Source of the DNA: a virus
DNA: 64,000 nt
Reading direction: 5' to 3' (one strand)
Virus record (IMG/VR): IMGVR_UViG_3300020724_000005
A program made the position numbers and the translations under genes. Numbering within the stretch: position 1 is the first letter of the stretch; every line of letters starts with the position of its first letter. The notes under the pieces are model-generated. The model was not told the DNA's origin and searched no databases. It was given only the letters and a program-made list of their open reading frames with translations. Positions 34,331 through 43,164 of the stretch are shown in pieces.

Positions 34331-34514
34331 CTATCTTCTTTTCTATTTGGGTTATTGCCCCGGCGACGTTGAGTATCACGTTTTGAACTTGGAGCCAAAG
34401 AGCGTTGTGGTCCTGTCTGAGCTTATATATTAATCGGAACTGGTATACTTGTAATACCATGAGTACAAATATCACAATGAGGTAAAACGTCTGTGTAGTA
34501 ACTGTGAATGTCAT
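34308..34514 (-). CDS. small membrane protein (68 aa)
   Basis: N-terminal hydrophobic helix FYLIVIFVLMVLQVY. Confidence 0.55.
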   Translation of the reverse strand: MTFTVTTQTFYLIVIFVLMVLQVYQFRLIYKLRQDHNALWLQVQNVILNVAGAITQIEKKIDGKQDKE

Positions 34515-34565
34515 AAGTCAAATGTATGACATCTTTTAGAACTTTTGCAGTGTAAGTTCTAAGTG

Positions 34566-35381
34566 CTAAAGCTCTGTGCTCAGCCTTCTGAGGAACCTCC
34601 TGTATAGCCCCTCGTCAGTTGACCATGCTTTGATCTTGACCAGCTCAGAGTAAAAACTGTCTCTTGCAGACTCAAGCCTGTCTTTTATCCAAGGTCCTCT
34701 TAGAAAGAGGAAAGGAACTGCCGTGTTCTTGTACTCGTTGTATACCTCATCGTAGCTCTTGGTCTTTATGTCAGAGAGTGCCCTAAACAGCTGGCTTTTG
34801 ACCGCAGCCATAAGCTTCTTGTCCTTGTCTTTCTTTGCAAGCCCAGAGGCTATTGTGTTTATCAGCGTAGAGGTGTGTGCATCGAACTCAGCTGGTGAAT
34901 TTAGATGTGATATGAGGTCCTTTTCGTACTGCTCTATGTCTTCTGGGCTTGCATTCTTGCCTGGCGCTTTCGGTGCTCCAACTCCCAGCTTTGCATCTAG
35001 ATCTGGATCGAACGCTTTAGGATCTATTGCATGTATGAGCTCATGCTCTATGTTCACCGTAAAATCATGCTCGTCTGTAAGCTTTGCAAGGTTTGCCATG
35101 ACAGCCATGTTCTGCTGGTCCATCCTAGCGTATGCTCCATCCTTTGGATCGTTATACAGACCTAAGCTGATCGATGTCAGGTTGCCTCTGCGGTCTTTCA
35201 TGTTGAACATGTTCTTGAAGCTCATAGGAACATATGGATCTTGCTTGTAGCTTTTAGGCGACTTCTTCTTGAGAGAGTCTAGGTTGTTCTCTATGTAGGA
35301 GAACGCAGAACTAGCCTTTGACAGCTGGTCCTGCGGTATCTTTACTATCTTCTCTGTAAGCAGATCTATGAGCTTTATCAT
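34566..35381 (-). CDS. hypothetical protein with HExxH metallopeptidase-like motif
   Basis: TVNIEHELIHAIDP. Confidence 0.8.
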   Translation of the reverse strand: MIKLIDLLTEKIVKIPQDQLSKASSAFSYIENNLDSLKKKSPKSYKQDPYVPMSFKNMFNMKDRRGNLTSISLGLYNDPKDGAYARMDQQNMAVMANLAKLTDEHDFTVNIEHELIHAIDPKAFDPDLDAKLGVGAPKAPGKNASPEDIEQYEKDLISHLNSPAEFDAHTSTLINTIASGLAKKDKDKKLMAAVKSQLFRALSDIKTKSYDEVYNEYKNTAVPFLFLRGPWIKDRLESARDSFYSELVKIKAWSTDEGLYRRFLRRLSTEL

Positions 35382-35396
35382 ATGTTATAAATATCA

Positions 35397-36143
35397 TTAA
35401 ACCTTGCTTATTATTATTTTAAAACCTTCATAATTTGACTTTTCTATTTTAGAAGATGTCAATATTATCTCTCTTATTCCAGATCTGATTTTATTCATAT
35501 CTCCAAAATTAATCTTTAACTCTTTCTTTGCTGTTGTTATTTTATCAAATTTCTTTATTAGATCTCCATCTTGATTATATAAATATGCAAATCCTAACCA
35601 TTTATAATTCTTATCTCCTTTTTTACATTCACTCCATTTTTTCCTATATTCTGGATTACTAAGTATATCTTTCATTTTATCTGAGAATTTTTTTAGATTC
35701 TCTTCATTTTTCCAATATGCATCCACTCCATTTTTTACGCTAGTTCTATACTCATCGTCTTTCCATAAATTTTTAGAAATATCAACAAATTTATGTCGTA
35801 AAATATCTTTATTAGTATTTGATGCATTTCGTAATTTTTCTCTATGCTCTTCTTTATTTGGATGATTTGTAAAATTATCTCCACCATCCCCTCCTGTAGA
35901 AATATTATAACCAATTTCTGGATTTGTAGAATTATAATAGCTGATCCAATATTGCTCTTTTATATTTAATTCCTCAATAGAAGAGCTATGATCTAATACG
36001 CCCTTTTTGAACTTATCTCGACCATAGCTCTTTATAGCATCTTTTATTTTTACTCCAGATCCAAGATAGCTTGGATCATTTTTTGTGTCTTTACCTATAT
36101 AAATTTTTCCTGATTCTAAATTTGTAGTCTTATAAATTATCAT
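35397..36143 (-). CDS. GIY-YIG homing endonuclease
   Basis: IIYKTTNLESGKIYIGKD. AT-rich. Lies directly downstream of the RNR C-terminal fragment. Confidence 0.85.
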   Translation of the reverse strand: MIIYKTTNLESGKIYIGKDTKNDPSYLGSGVKIKDAIKSYGRDKFKKGVLDHSSSIEELNIKEQYWISYYNSTNPEIGYNISTGGDGGDNFTNHPNKEEHREKLRNASNTNKDILRHKFVDISKNLWKDDEYRTSVKNGVDAYWKNEENLKKFSDKMKDILSNPEYRKKWSECKKGDKNYKWLGFAYLYNQDGDLIKKFDKITTAKKELKINFGDMNKIRSGIREIILTSSKIEKSNYEGFKIIISKV

Positions 36144-36172
36144 AAGGTCTTTATAATAAATATGCGGACCTT
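36144..36172 (-). promoter_or_regulatory. hairpin enclosing the ATATTTAT motif and abutting the start codon
   Basis: Stem AAGGTC 36144-36149 / GACCTT 36167-36172. The loop contains TTTATAATAAATATG. The ATG at 36143 follows immediately. Confidence 0.45.
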
Positions 36173-36188
36173 GTGTAATTCAGTTAAT

Positions 36189-36872
36189 TTATATATTAAT
36201 TTCACAACTATTTCCAGCACACGCAACTTGGTCCTTAAGGTCTGTGTTGTCTTCTGCCTCTACCACCAAGCTCAGATCTATGTTAGAAAGCGACTCCATC
36301 ATTTTTTCGTAAGTCTCTTTATCGCAGTCTTGGAAAGGTGCCTGAACGTAGGTGTGGTCTGAGAATGGCAGCACTGAAAGCCCGTTGTAGCAAGTCCTGT
36401 TCTCCCACATCCACTCTCCTACAGTGTCCCACTCTCCGTCCTTTATAGAGATCGTGGCCGAGATGTTGTGTGTGTTCTGTCCTGTCTTGTGTCCTGGTTT
36501 GATCCAGTTGTTGTAGAAGTATTTTACCCTCTCGAGCAGATCTATCGCTGACTCTGTCCTCAGTATCGAACCCTCTGGCGCTTTCTGTGGGACCGAGATG
36601 ACTGCCGTGCTGTGGGGCTTGAAGTACTCGTCCTGTATCAGCTCTGGGTGGTATATGCTCAGGTACGTGTATATGGCCTCGTTCTTGCCAACTCTTATGT
36701 TTCTGATGTAGTACTCGCTGTGCCACGCATGTATGCCAGAAGATGTGCCCAGGACTAGAGAGGAGGTATTATGAACCACAGATTTATTTTTTAGTTGATA
36801 TGAATGAGTATTATCTACTTCTATGTCAACAGTAAATTTATTTCCAGACTTTGTTATTTTTTTAATTTTCAT
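36189..36872 (-). CDS. nrdJ: class II ribonucleotide reductase, C-terminal fragment fused to a C-intein
   Basis: The first 35 aa (MKIKKITKSGNKFTVDIEVDNTHSYQLKNKSVVHN) look like intein blocks F and G. The extein resumes at TSSLVLGTSSG. Confidence 0.9.
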   Translation of the reverse strand: MKIKKITKSGNKFTVDIEVDNTHSYQLKNKSVVHNTSSLVLGTSSGIHAWHSEYYIRNIRVGKNEAIYTYLSIYHPELIQDEYFKPHSTAVISVPQKAPEGSILRTESAIDLLERVKYFYNNWIKPGHKTGQNTHNISATISIKDGEWDTVGEWMWENRTCYNGLSVLPFSDHTYVQAPFQDCDKETYEKMMESLSNIDLSLVVEAEDNTDLKDQVACAGNSCEINI

Positions 36873-38007
36873 AATATTTAATTAATTCTATTATATTTTC
36901 TAATACTAATTGCTTATTTTTTAAATAATTTGATTCTTTAACTCTAATTAAATTTAATCCCATATTAGCATATATCTTATCCTTTAATCTATCTCTCTCT
37001 ATATTATTAGGTAAAGAATGCCAATAATCTCCATCAAATTCAATTACAGTATTTCCTATTTTAATGTCTGGTACTATACACTTTATTTGATAATCATTCT
37101 GGTTTAGATTTATAAAATAGGGTTTTGTTATTGGGTAACCAAAAAATACCTCTTTTTGTTTATTGTTTAATAAATCATATAGTGATAAATTAAAATCTTT
37201 TTCTATATTTGAACTAAAATCTGGAAAATAACTAATTTTCTTTTTTATCATATCAGAATATAAATTCCGACCCTCTACTTCTCCAAATTTATCTATATAA
37301 TATTCTAATCTTCCAGATTTTCCTTTACTATAACATAATTCTTTATATCTATTTAAGCCTTCAATTTTTCCAAATTTAGAGATATAATAGTCTTTAGTCT
37401 GTGAATATGCTATTTTTTTATTAGCCTCATCATATTTTTCCTTTCCTATATTATCACCATACTTTTTTATATAATAATCTAACCCTCTTGATTGATTCTT
37501 ATTAACAAACTGTTTAGCTTCTAATTCACTTACTCCATAATATTTCATTACAGATTTATAATCTCTACAAGAATACCCACTGTCTATTTTCTTTTTATAT
37601 CTTAATCTACCCTCTTTTTCTCCATATTTTTTTATCATGCTTTCCAAGTCAGTCTTTGAATTAATAGAGTGTTTTGCTTTAATGTCTTTTATTTCATCAT
37701 CACTATATCCATTTAATTTTAAAGCATTTATACTAACTGAAAGTTTACTATTTTTTTCTAAATATTCCTCTCTACCTAACTCCTCCCCGTATCTTTTAAT
37801 GAATCCATTTAGGGTATTTTTAAACTTATCATTTTCTATTTTTTGTTTATATTTAAATAAGCCTAACTCTTTTCCGTATTTAAACTGTAATACTTTTAAA
37901 GAAGACCCTCGCATTAAATTTGCACATCTCTTGTTGCCCCCCTCTTCTCCAAGTAGATGAATCAGTAGTCGTCTCAGTCTATTAATCTTTTTTATATCTT
38001 TTTTCAC
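36862..38007 (-). CDS. free-standing homing endonuclease, Vsr/DUF559-like PD-(D/E)XK domain
   Basis: Six K(Y/F)G.E.G...Y repeats. C-terminal VIEFDGDYWH...RD..KD. GTG start at 38007. AT-rich. Confidence 0.8.
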   Translation of the reverse strand: MKKDIKKINRLRRLLIHLLGEEGGNKRCANLMRGSSLKVLQFKYGKELGLFKYKQKIENDKFKNTLNGFIKRYGEELGREEYLEKNSKLSVSINALKLNGYSDDEIKDIKAKHSINSKTDLESMIKKYGEKEGRLRYKKKIDSGYSCRDYKSVMKYYGVSELEAKQFVNKNQSRGLDYYIKKYGDNIGKEKYDEANKKIAYSQTKDYYISKFGKIEGLNRYKELCYSKGKSGRLEYYIDKFGEVEGRNLYSDMIKKKISYFPDFSSNIEKDFNLSLYDLLNNKQKEVFFGYPITKPYFINLNQNDYQIKCIVPDIKIGNTVIEFDGDYWHSLPNNIERDRLKDKIYANMGLNLIRVKESNYLKNKQLVLENIIELIKYYEN

Positions 38008-38008
38008 A

Positions 38009-38058
38009 ATTAAGCCTTTTATTATAAATATCTGATTAATTACAATAATAGGCTTAAT
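38009..38058 (-). promoter_or_regulatory. hairpin enclosing the ATATTTAT motif just upstream of the GTG start
   Basis: Stem ATTAAGCC 38009-38016 / GGCTTAAT 38051-38058. The loop contains TTTTATTATAAATATCTG. Confidence 0.45.
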
Positions 38059-38071
38059 AGTAAAAATTAAT

Positions 38072-39682
38072 CTAATAATTTATAATATCATCATCATCCT
38101 TCAATTCGTCTGCTCTAACCCACCCCCTATTTTTAGTTAAAAACCTATGATTTGCTGTAACTGTAACTACCAAACCATCTTCAAACTCCACATCAAACGT
38201 TTCTTCTACTCCATTAATGTATAATTTATTAATTTGTTGCCATTCATCATTTAAATCTTTGACTTTTATATCCTCTGTTACTTCTAAAAATAGCTTTTCG
38301 TTATTTTTAAAATCAGATAAGTCATATCCATTGATTTTAAAAATATCCTCTAATGAGAGAATACCTTTATTTGTTATTATTTCAGTTTCTGGTATCATGC
38401 ACCCACTCGGTTTTATTGTAGTGCAACGGGCTGCTGCGTTTATCCCTACCGCTTTCGCTACTGCTGCGTTCGTCTCTTTCACTATGAGAGCGGCCTTTTT
38501 AAGATCCAGCTTCTGAGCAACTCCTGACCCTATTCCAGTCATTCCTACTCCTATTAGTGCTTCTTTCTCTGTAGTCTTCTGCCATATTGGTCTGAGATAG
38601 TGAAAGTTAGTGTATCCTGCTTGTAAAGTCCCTATTATCGCTGCTGCATTTACTCTGTCATTAAGATCTTCTTGGTCTACTACGTCTGAAACATTTACCT
38701 CGCAAAGGTTGCAAAATTGATATGGTCTTAGTGCAATTTCCATACAAGGATTACTTCCTAAATCTTTATCATTACTAAGAAATATACCCGGTTCTCCTGA
38801 TCCCGAGTTCTCAATCTTCTTCCAGAGATCCATAAAGAATTCCTTTGTAAGTCTATTCCTTAAAAGTACAGCCGAGTTATTCGCTCTACCCCTTTGCGGA
38901 TTTAATTCCCACCATTGACCAGTCTTACAAGAGATCATATCCTCATCGTCAGCTGAGAATAGTGATACTAATGCCGCTCTCCTTATACCCCCAGCAAGTA
39001 CTGCATCAGCTATGTGGCAGACCATGTCGTGAACCTCTATCGAGCTGAGTTTATCTCCATCCTCTTTCTGGCTGAGTATTCCATCTAACATTAGTAAGCA
39101 CTCTTTCAGTGGTTGAGGACCTGGAGCTTTACCGCCAGAAGTAACTAGCATTGCTCCTTTTGGACGTATGTCAGAGAAGTCAAAGTTAATCGATGATCCA
39201 CCTCTGAAATAGGACTTGATCAGGGCTTTGACTGCGTCTGCCCAACCCTCTATCGAGTCTCCTATCAGGAACCTTGTGTGCTTCTTTGGGTTCGGTTTCC
39301 TTATCTCTGGCAGCTTCTCAACGTGGTGCTTCTGTACAGAGAAACCTACTCCCGTGCCACCAAGCAGCAGGAACATCGTCTCAGAGAAAGCGTGTATGTC
39401 GTCTATAGGAAGGTACGCGCAGTTATACACTCTGTTAGGAGATATCTCTATCGACTTTCCACCGAACTGCAGGCTCCTCATAGAAGGAAGCACCTTTTTA
39501 TCATATACGAATTCATAAGCCCAGTCTATCTCAGCTTGCATATTGGGATATTTCTTGAGATGCATTGCCTTGTTTCTGTCTACCAATTCTTCCCAAGACT
39601 CTCTCTTCTGTAGTTCTGGGAGGTATTTGGAATATTTTAAGTGTACTGTAATATCTGATAATATTTCCTGTGAGATATTCAT
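38072..39682 (-). CDS. nrdJ: class II ribonucleotide reductase, N-terminal fragment fused to an N-intein
   Basis: GGTGVGFS, GGIRRAA, SNPCMEI and TTIKPSG, followed by the 109-aa intein N-half (Cys1, TxxH block B) and a stop. Confidence 0.9.
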   Translation of the reverse strand: MNISQEILSDITVHLKYSKYLPELQKRESWEELVDRNKAMHLKKYPNMQAEIDWAYEFVYDKKVLPSMRSLQFGGKSIEISPNRVYNCAYLPIDDIHAFSETMFLLLGGTGVGFSVQKHHVEKLPEIRKPNPKKHTRFLIGDSIEGWADAVKALIKSYFRGGSSINFDFSDIRPKGAMLVTSGGKAPGPQPLKECLLMLDGILSQKEDGDKLSSIEVHDMVCHIADAVLAGGIRRAALVSLFSADDEDMISCKTGQWWELNPQRGRANNSAVLLRNRLTKEFFMDLWKKIENSGSGEPGIFLSNDKDLGSNPCMEIALRPYQFCNLCEVNVSDVVDQEDLNDRVNAAAIIGTLQAGYTNFHYLRPIWQKTTEKEALIGVGMTGIGSGVAQKLDLKKAALIVKETNAAVAKAVGINAAARCTTIKPSGCMIPETEIITNKGILSLEDIFKINGYDLSDFKNNEKLFLEVTEDIKVKDLNDEWQQINKLYINGVEETFDVEFEDGLVVTVTANHRFLTKNRGWVRADELKDDDDIINY

Positions 39683-39761
39683 TTCTGTTAAAGTTTTGAG
39701 AATAGTTTATAACTTGGGCCCTGAGATGGGTCCATCAGTTTGATCTTAGTGGTGTGTGATG

Positions 39762-39962
39762 TTACTTACCTGGGATGGTAGTGTTGCCTGAAGCAGCTGG
39801 AGTTGTACTCTGCATGCTCTTCAGCTTTATTGTGTTTGTTCCCTTTTGGTTAGTAGAGTTGAGAGCTGCGATGCTATCGTTGTACTTGTCAAGAGATTGA
39901 GTGGTTCTGTAACCGTCTCCCTTTATCGCTTTATTGAACAAGTCTATTAGAAAGTTTGCCAT
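39762..39962 (-). CDS. hypothetical protein (66 aa)
   Basis: ORF track. AATAAATAT motif upstream. Confidence 0.55.
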   Translation of the reverse strand: MANFLIDLFNKAIKGDGYRTTQSLDKYNDSIAALNSTNQKGTNTIKLKSMQSTTPAASGNTTIPGK

Positions 39963-40014
39963 GTGTATTGTTATGTTTTCTTCGTATCAATAAATATCTG
40001 AGTCGAGAGAGAAA

Positions 40015-41400
40015 TTACTTGGAAAGTTCAAAGAATTTCTTACTCAGTATGGATTTCTCTTCAAAAGTCAGACTAGAGCTGTTAGAGGTTTTGAAAGCGT
40101 TGTTCGTAGCTGCCTGCATTGCGTGTATCTCTTCTTCTGTTAGCTCTGTCTCATCTATCTTTATCGTACCGTTGTCCGTGTCGATCATCGCATTGTACGT
40201 CATACCGTCTTGTCCATATCGATTTTTCATGATGTGCACTCTACCTGTCTTGTTGAGTTTGTCTGCTCTCTTTCTGGACAGAGACAGTATGAAGTCTGCG
40301 ATCATGATCTTGTTGTACGATCCTGCTGCCTTGTCACCTTCTACGATGTCATCCTTTGCCCCAGCCCTGTTCACCTGAGACACAGACCATACGGGAATGT
40401 TCAGCTCTCTTGCCATGCCTTTCACCGCGGTGTACACGTCATCTATCTCGTCCTTTACTTCTCCTCCGACCCTTTTTGACTTCAATAGGTCTATGTAGTC
40501 GATGATGATCAGATCAGGTTTGTGTCCCATGTCGGTGCACTTCCTTATGTGAGACTCTATCTTGTTGACTGTGGTCTTGCCCATTGGGAACTCAGCTATC
40601 GTCAGTCTGCCTGGTAAGTTTGCTACTGTCTCTTCTACCTTGCTACGATGCAGGTGGACTTCCTTGAAACCTATGCCGGTGAACACAGAATCGTACCTCT
40701 TGCCTGTGTAGATGTCTGAGAGCTCTAGCGTGTAGTGGTTGACAGTGAGCGCCTGCTTGACTGCCTCAGCTCCTATGTTGACCAGAAACCAAGACTTGCC
40801 TGAGCCTGGTCCTCCGAATATTATGCCAAGGTCTCCTCTTCCAAGTCCTCCCATGAGATGATCGCTTATCTTTGGCCATGGAGTAGGCACTGCCCTTCTG
40901 TCGTCTTCTCTGTACCTCTGCTCTATGTCTTGCAAATACTCGTGTCCTACGTTCTTGTCTGCACCGGCTTTTAACGCAGAATCTATCATGATCCTTATGT
41001 CTTCAAACTGGCCTTTGGAAAGCAGATCTACGGAATTGAGTAGCGCCTTCTTTAATTGCTGGTTCTTGCAGAAGCTTGAGAACTCCAGTTCTATGTACTC
41101 CTTGTCTTCGTTCGCCGTCTTTAACGCCTCTTTCAACTGCTCTGCTACCGAGACCCTGAGGACCTCGTTGTCTATCTTTTTGACTTCTATCTGAAGATAT
41201 TCTAGTGACGGTGTGGTATGATATTTGTAATAATACTTTAGAATGTCTTTGACTATCCACTGTGACGCCGGCGAATCGAACATCTCTGGCTCTACAACGT
41301 CGTGTATCGTCTGTAGGAACTCTTTATGACGTAAAAGTGAAGCAAGAACTTTTATTTGAAATCCACTTCCATACGCGTTGAGCGTGTTTAATTGTGCCAT
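40015..41400 (-). CDS. dnaB: DnaB-family replicative helicase
   Basis: GGPGSGKSWFLVN (Walker A), DLIIIDYIDLL (Walker B) and SQVNRAG. Start set at MAQLN (41400), just after the upstream HE stop. The track ORF extends to 41442. Confidence 0.9.
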   Translation of the reverse strand: MAQLNTLNAYGSGFQIKVLASLLRHKEFLQTIHDVVEPEMFDSPASQWIVKDILKYYYKYHTTPSLEYLQIEVKKIDNEVLRVSVAEQLKEALKTANEDKEYIELEFSSFCKNQQLKKALLNSVDLLSKGQFEDIRIMIDSALKAGADKNVGHEYLQDIEQRYREDDRRAVPTPWPKISDHLMGGLGRGDLGIIFGGPGSGKSWFLVNIGAEAVKQALTVNHYTLELSDIYTGKRYDSVFTGIGFKEVHLHRSKVEETVANLPGRLTIAEFPMGKTTVNKIESHIRKCTDMGHKPDLIIIDYIDLLKSKRVGGEVKDEIDDVYTAVKGMARELNIPVWSVSQVNRAGAKDDIVEGDKAAGSYNKIMIADFILSLSRKRADKLNKTGRVHIMKNRYGQDGMTYNAMIDTDNGTIKIDETELTEEEIHAMQAATNNAFKTSNSSSLTFEEKSILSKKFFELSK

Positions 41401-41407
41401 AACTTTA

Positions 41408-42127
41408 TTATATATTTGGTTTTTTATATTTGCACTTATCAAAATGCCACTGAGTCATTCCGTTATTTCCTCCAATTTTATTACAATGCGGACATTGTAT
41501 TTTTGGATTTTTTATTCCTAATCTATTAGTATTTCCTATTTTAGATATGCTCAATTTTCTTTTATGTTCTTCTGATTTAGATTTTCCCTTAAGAGCTCTG
41601 CTAATATTTGCCTTCTCTAATTCTGATTTTACTCTATTTTTTTGACCTTTAGAAATTGATTCTCTATGTTGTAAAGATAAACATATCCCTAATTTAGATT
41701 TTCTTATATTTAATTTAGTTTCTTCTGATCTTACTTTTCCCGTATTCGATTCTTTCATCTTTTTTTTAGTATCATCAGAAACTAAATGGCCTTTTCTGGA
41801 TAATCTATATAATCGTTTTGTTTCTTCAGAATGTTTAAAACCAAATTGACCTTGTCCACCATCTGTCATATTAACTAAAGGTCCCAATTTAAGATCTGCT
41901 CTTCCATAGAATATAATCCAAAATTTTTCTTTTTCACAGGCTTCTTCCCAAGTTAACCATTCTTCTGACATAATTTCTACTTTATATTCTGTAAGATTAA
42001 TCACATTATTCCAATGAATATTTCTGTTCTTTTTTGAATAAGATCTTTTATAGTTTTTATCTGATCCTATTCCTATATAAAAAACCTCATTCTTGTCTAG
42101 TCTTATATGACGATACACATATGCCAT
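41408..42127 (-). CDS. GIY-YIG homing endonuclease with CPHC..HFDKC zinc-finger tail
   Basis: Start moved to MAYVYRH. FYIGIGS, NUMOD3 repeats, and C-terminal CPHCNKIGG..WHFDKCK. Confidence 0.9.
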   Translation of the reverse strand: MAYVYRHIRLDKNEVFYIGIGSDKNYKRSYSKKNRNIHWNNVINLTEYKVEIMSEEWLTWEEACEKEKFWIIFYGRADLKLGPLVNMTDGGQGQFGFKHSEETKRLYRLSRKGHLVSDDTKKKMKESNTGKVRSEETKLNIRKSKLGICLSLQHRESISKGQKNRVKSELEKANISRALKGKSKSEEHKRKLSISKIGNTNRLGIKNPKIQCPHCNKIGGNNGMTQWHFDKCKYKKPNI

Positions 42128-42236
42128 AAAATAAAAATGGTCCAAAGTGACAAAGAGCCTGCATGCTCTCTATCTCAAAGGACCAATAAGTTCTATTATA
42201 GATAACTCATGCAGGAGCTTCTATCTATAATAAATA
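42128..42236 (-). promoter_or_regulatory. structured HE leader, copy E
   Basis: P1 42194-42204 / 42222-42232. P2 TGGTCC 42138-42143 / GGACCA 42180-42185. P2a AGAG/CTCT. L1 CATGCAGG 42208-42215 is complementary to CCTGCATG 42158-42165. Confidence 0.6.
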
Positions 42237-43133
42237 TCAGGAAATACTTGCTAAATACTTAAAGTTTGTGTATAGCCACGAAGGTAGGTTTGTGATGCTC
42301 TGTCCCAGTTGATCTTCGTTATACATCTCTGTAAACTCTGTTGGATAGTAGTCCTTCTTTGGGTTGCCCATCATCTGGTCTATCTCCTCTTGTGCCTCTG
42401 CTGGTATGTTAGGCTCGTCTAGGTCCATGAGCTTCTTGTTGATCTCTAGCTGGCTTCTGAAGTCGTAGATCTTTTTGAGCATTGCAACATCGCCGTCCTT
42501 GCACTTCTCTATGACATGCTCTAGACTGATAGTAGCACTTTTTCCTAACTCTGGAAAGTGTTTAAGCAAAGTCTTGATGCCTAATCCCTTTACCCCAGGA
42601 ACGTTGTCTCCTTTGTCGCCAAGCAGCACCTTCTGGGTTAGAAAGTTGTGAGACGTCACTTCGTACTCGCTCAAGACGTCTTTTGGAGAATAGAACTTCT
42701 TCTTTGTAGGTGAGTATATGCTGATCCTGTCCGATGCAAGCTGAAGGTAATCTCGGTCCGAAGACATGATGGTCACCTCTTTTCCTATGCGCTTTGCTAT
42801 GTATCCTATGACATCGTCTGCCTCTATCTTGTCTATCGATAGCAGATCTATGGGAAGACATTTGAGGTAGTCCACGAGCCTCAGAAGCTGGTTCTTGATG
42901 GCATCAGACTCCTCTTCTTGGGAATCGAACATGTCCCAGTTTGTGATTCTCTTTATACCCCTATTTGCTTTGTACTCAGGATAGAGGTAACGCTTATTTG
43001 TTGAGCTACCGCGGCCATCAAATACTACTATGACACGTGTTGGTCTTATCAGTCTCATCCCATATGCCATCGACTTGAGAAACCCAGTTAGAGCTCCTAT
43101 GTGCTGTCCAGCTGGGTTCACGTGCTGGATCAT
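42237..43133 (-). CDS. 5-prime-3-prime exonuclease / flap endonuclease (T4 RNase H-like)
   Basis: YPEYKANR, ADDVIGYIA, SSDRDYLQL and LGDKGDNVPGVKGLGIKT. Confidence 0.9.
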   Translation of the reverse strand: MIQHVNPAGQHIGALTGFLKSMAYGMRLIRPTRVIVVFDGRGSSTNKRYLYPEYKANRGIKRITNWDMFDSQEEESDAIKNQLLRLVDYLKCLPIDLLSIDKIEADDVIGYIAKRIGKEVTIMSSDRDYLQLASDRISIYSPTKKKFYSPKDVLSEYEVTSHNFLTQKVLLGDKGDNVPGVKGLGIKTLLKHFPELGKSATISLEHVIEKCKDGDVAMLKKIYDFRSQLEINKKLMDLDEPNIPAEAQEEIDQMMGNPKKDYYPTEFTEMYNEDQLGQSITNLPSWLYTNFKYLASIS

Positions 43134-43164
43134 CGCGAAGGATCGGAGAAAGTTGTTGAGTTAA

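Larger units (their letters stand above)
36768..38401 (-). mobile_element. split intein (N-intein 38075-38401, C-intein 36768-36872) with a free-standing endonuclease gene between the halves
   Basis: CMIPETEII...TANH follows the RNR motif TTIKPSG and ends in a stop codon. The endonuclease is a separate ORF. The C-intein ORF has its own ATG. Confidence 0.75.

Noticed and set aside
36319-36726. 135-aa alternative-frame ORF inside the RNR C-terminal fragment
   Set aside because: It is a shadow ORF (Arg/His/Gln-rich). The RNR frame continues the extein sequence cleanly.
39716-39733. GGGCCC / GGGTCC hairpin upstream of the RNR gene as a terminator or regulator
   Set aside because: It pairs fully only on the plus strand (through a G-T wobble). 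On the transcribed minus strand it has an A-C mismatch in a 6-bp stem and no U-tract.
40015-41442. Intein or fracture in the DnaB/gp41-like helicase, which is a classic site for split inteins
   Set aside because: The 461-475-aa ORF is continuous through Walker A, Walker B and the SQVNR motif, with no extra Cys-initiated insertion.
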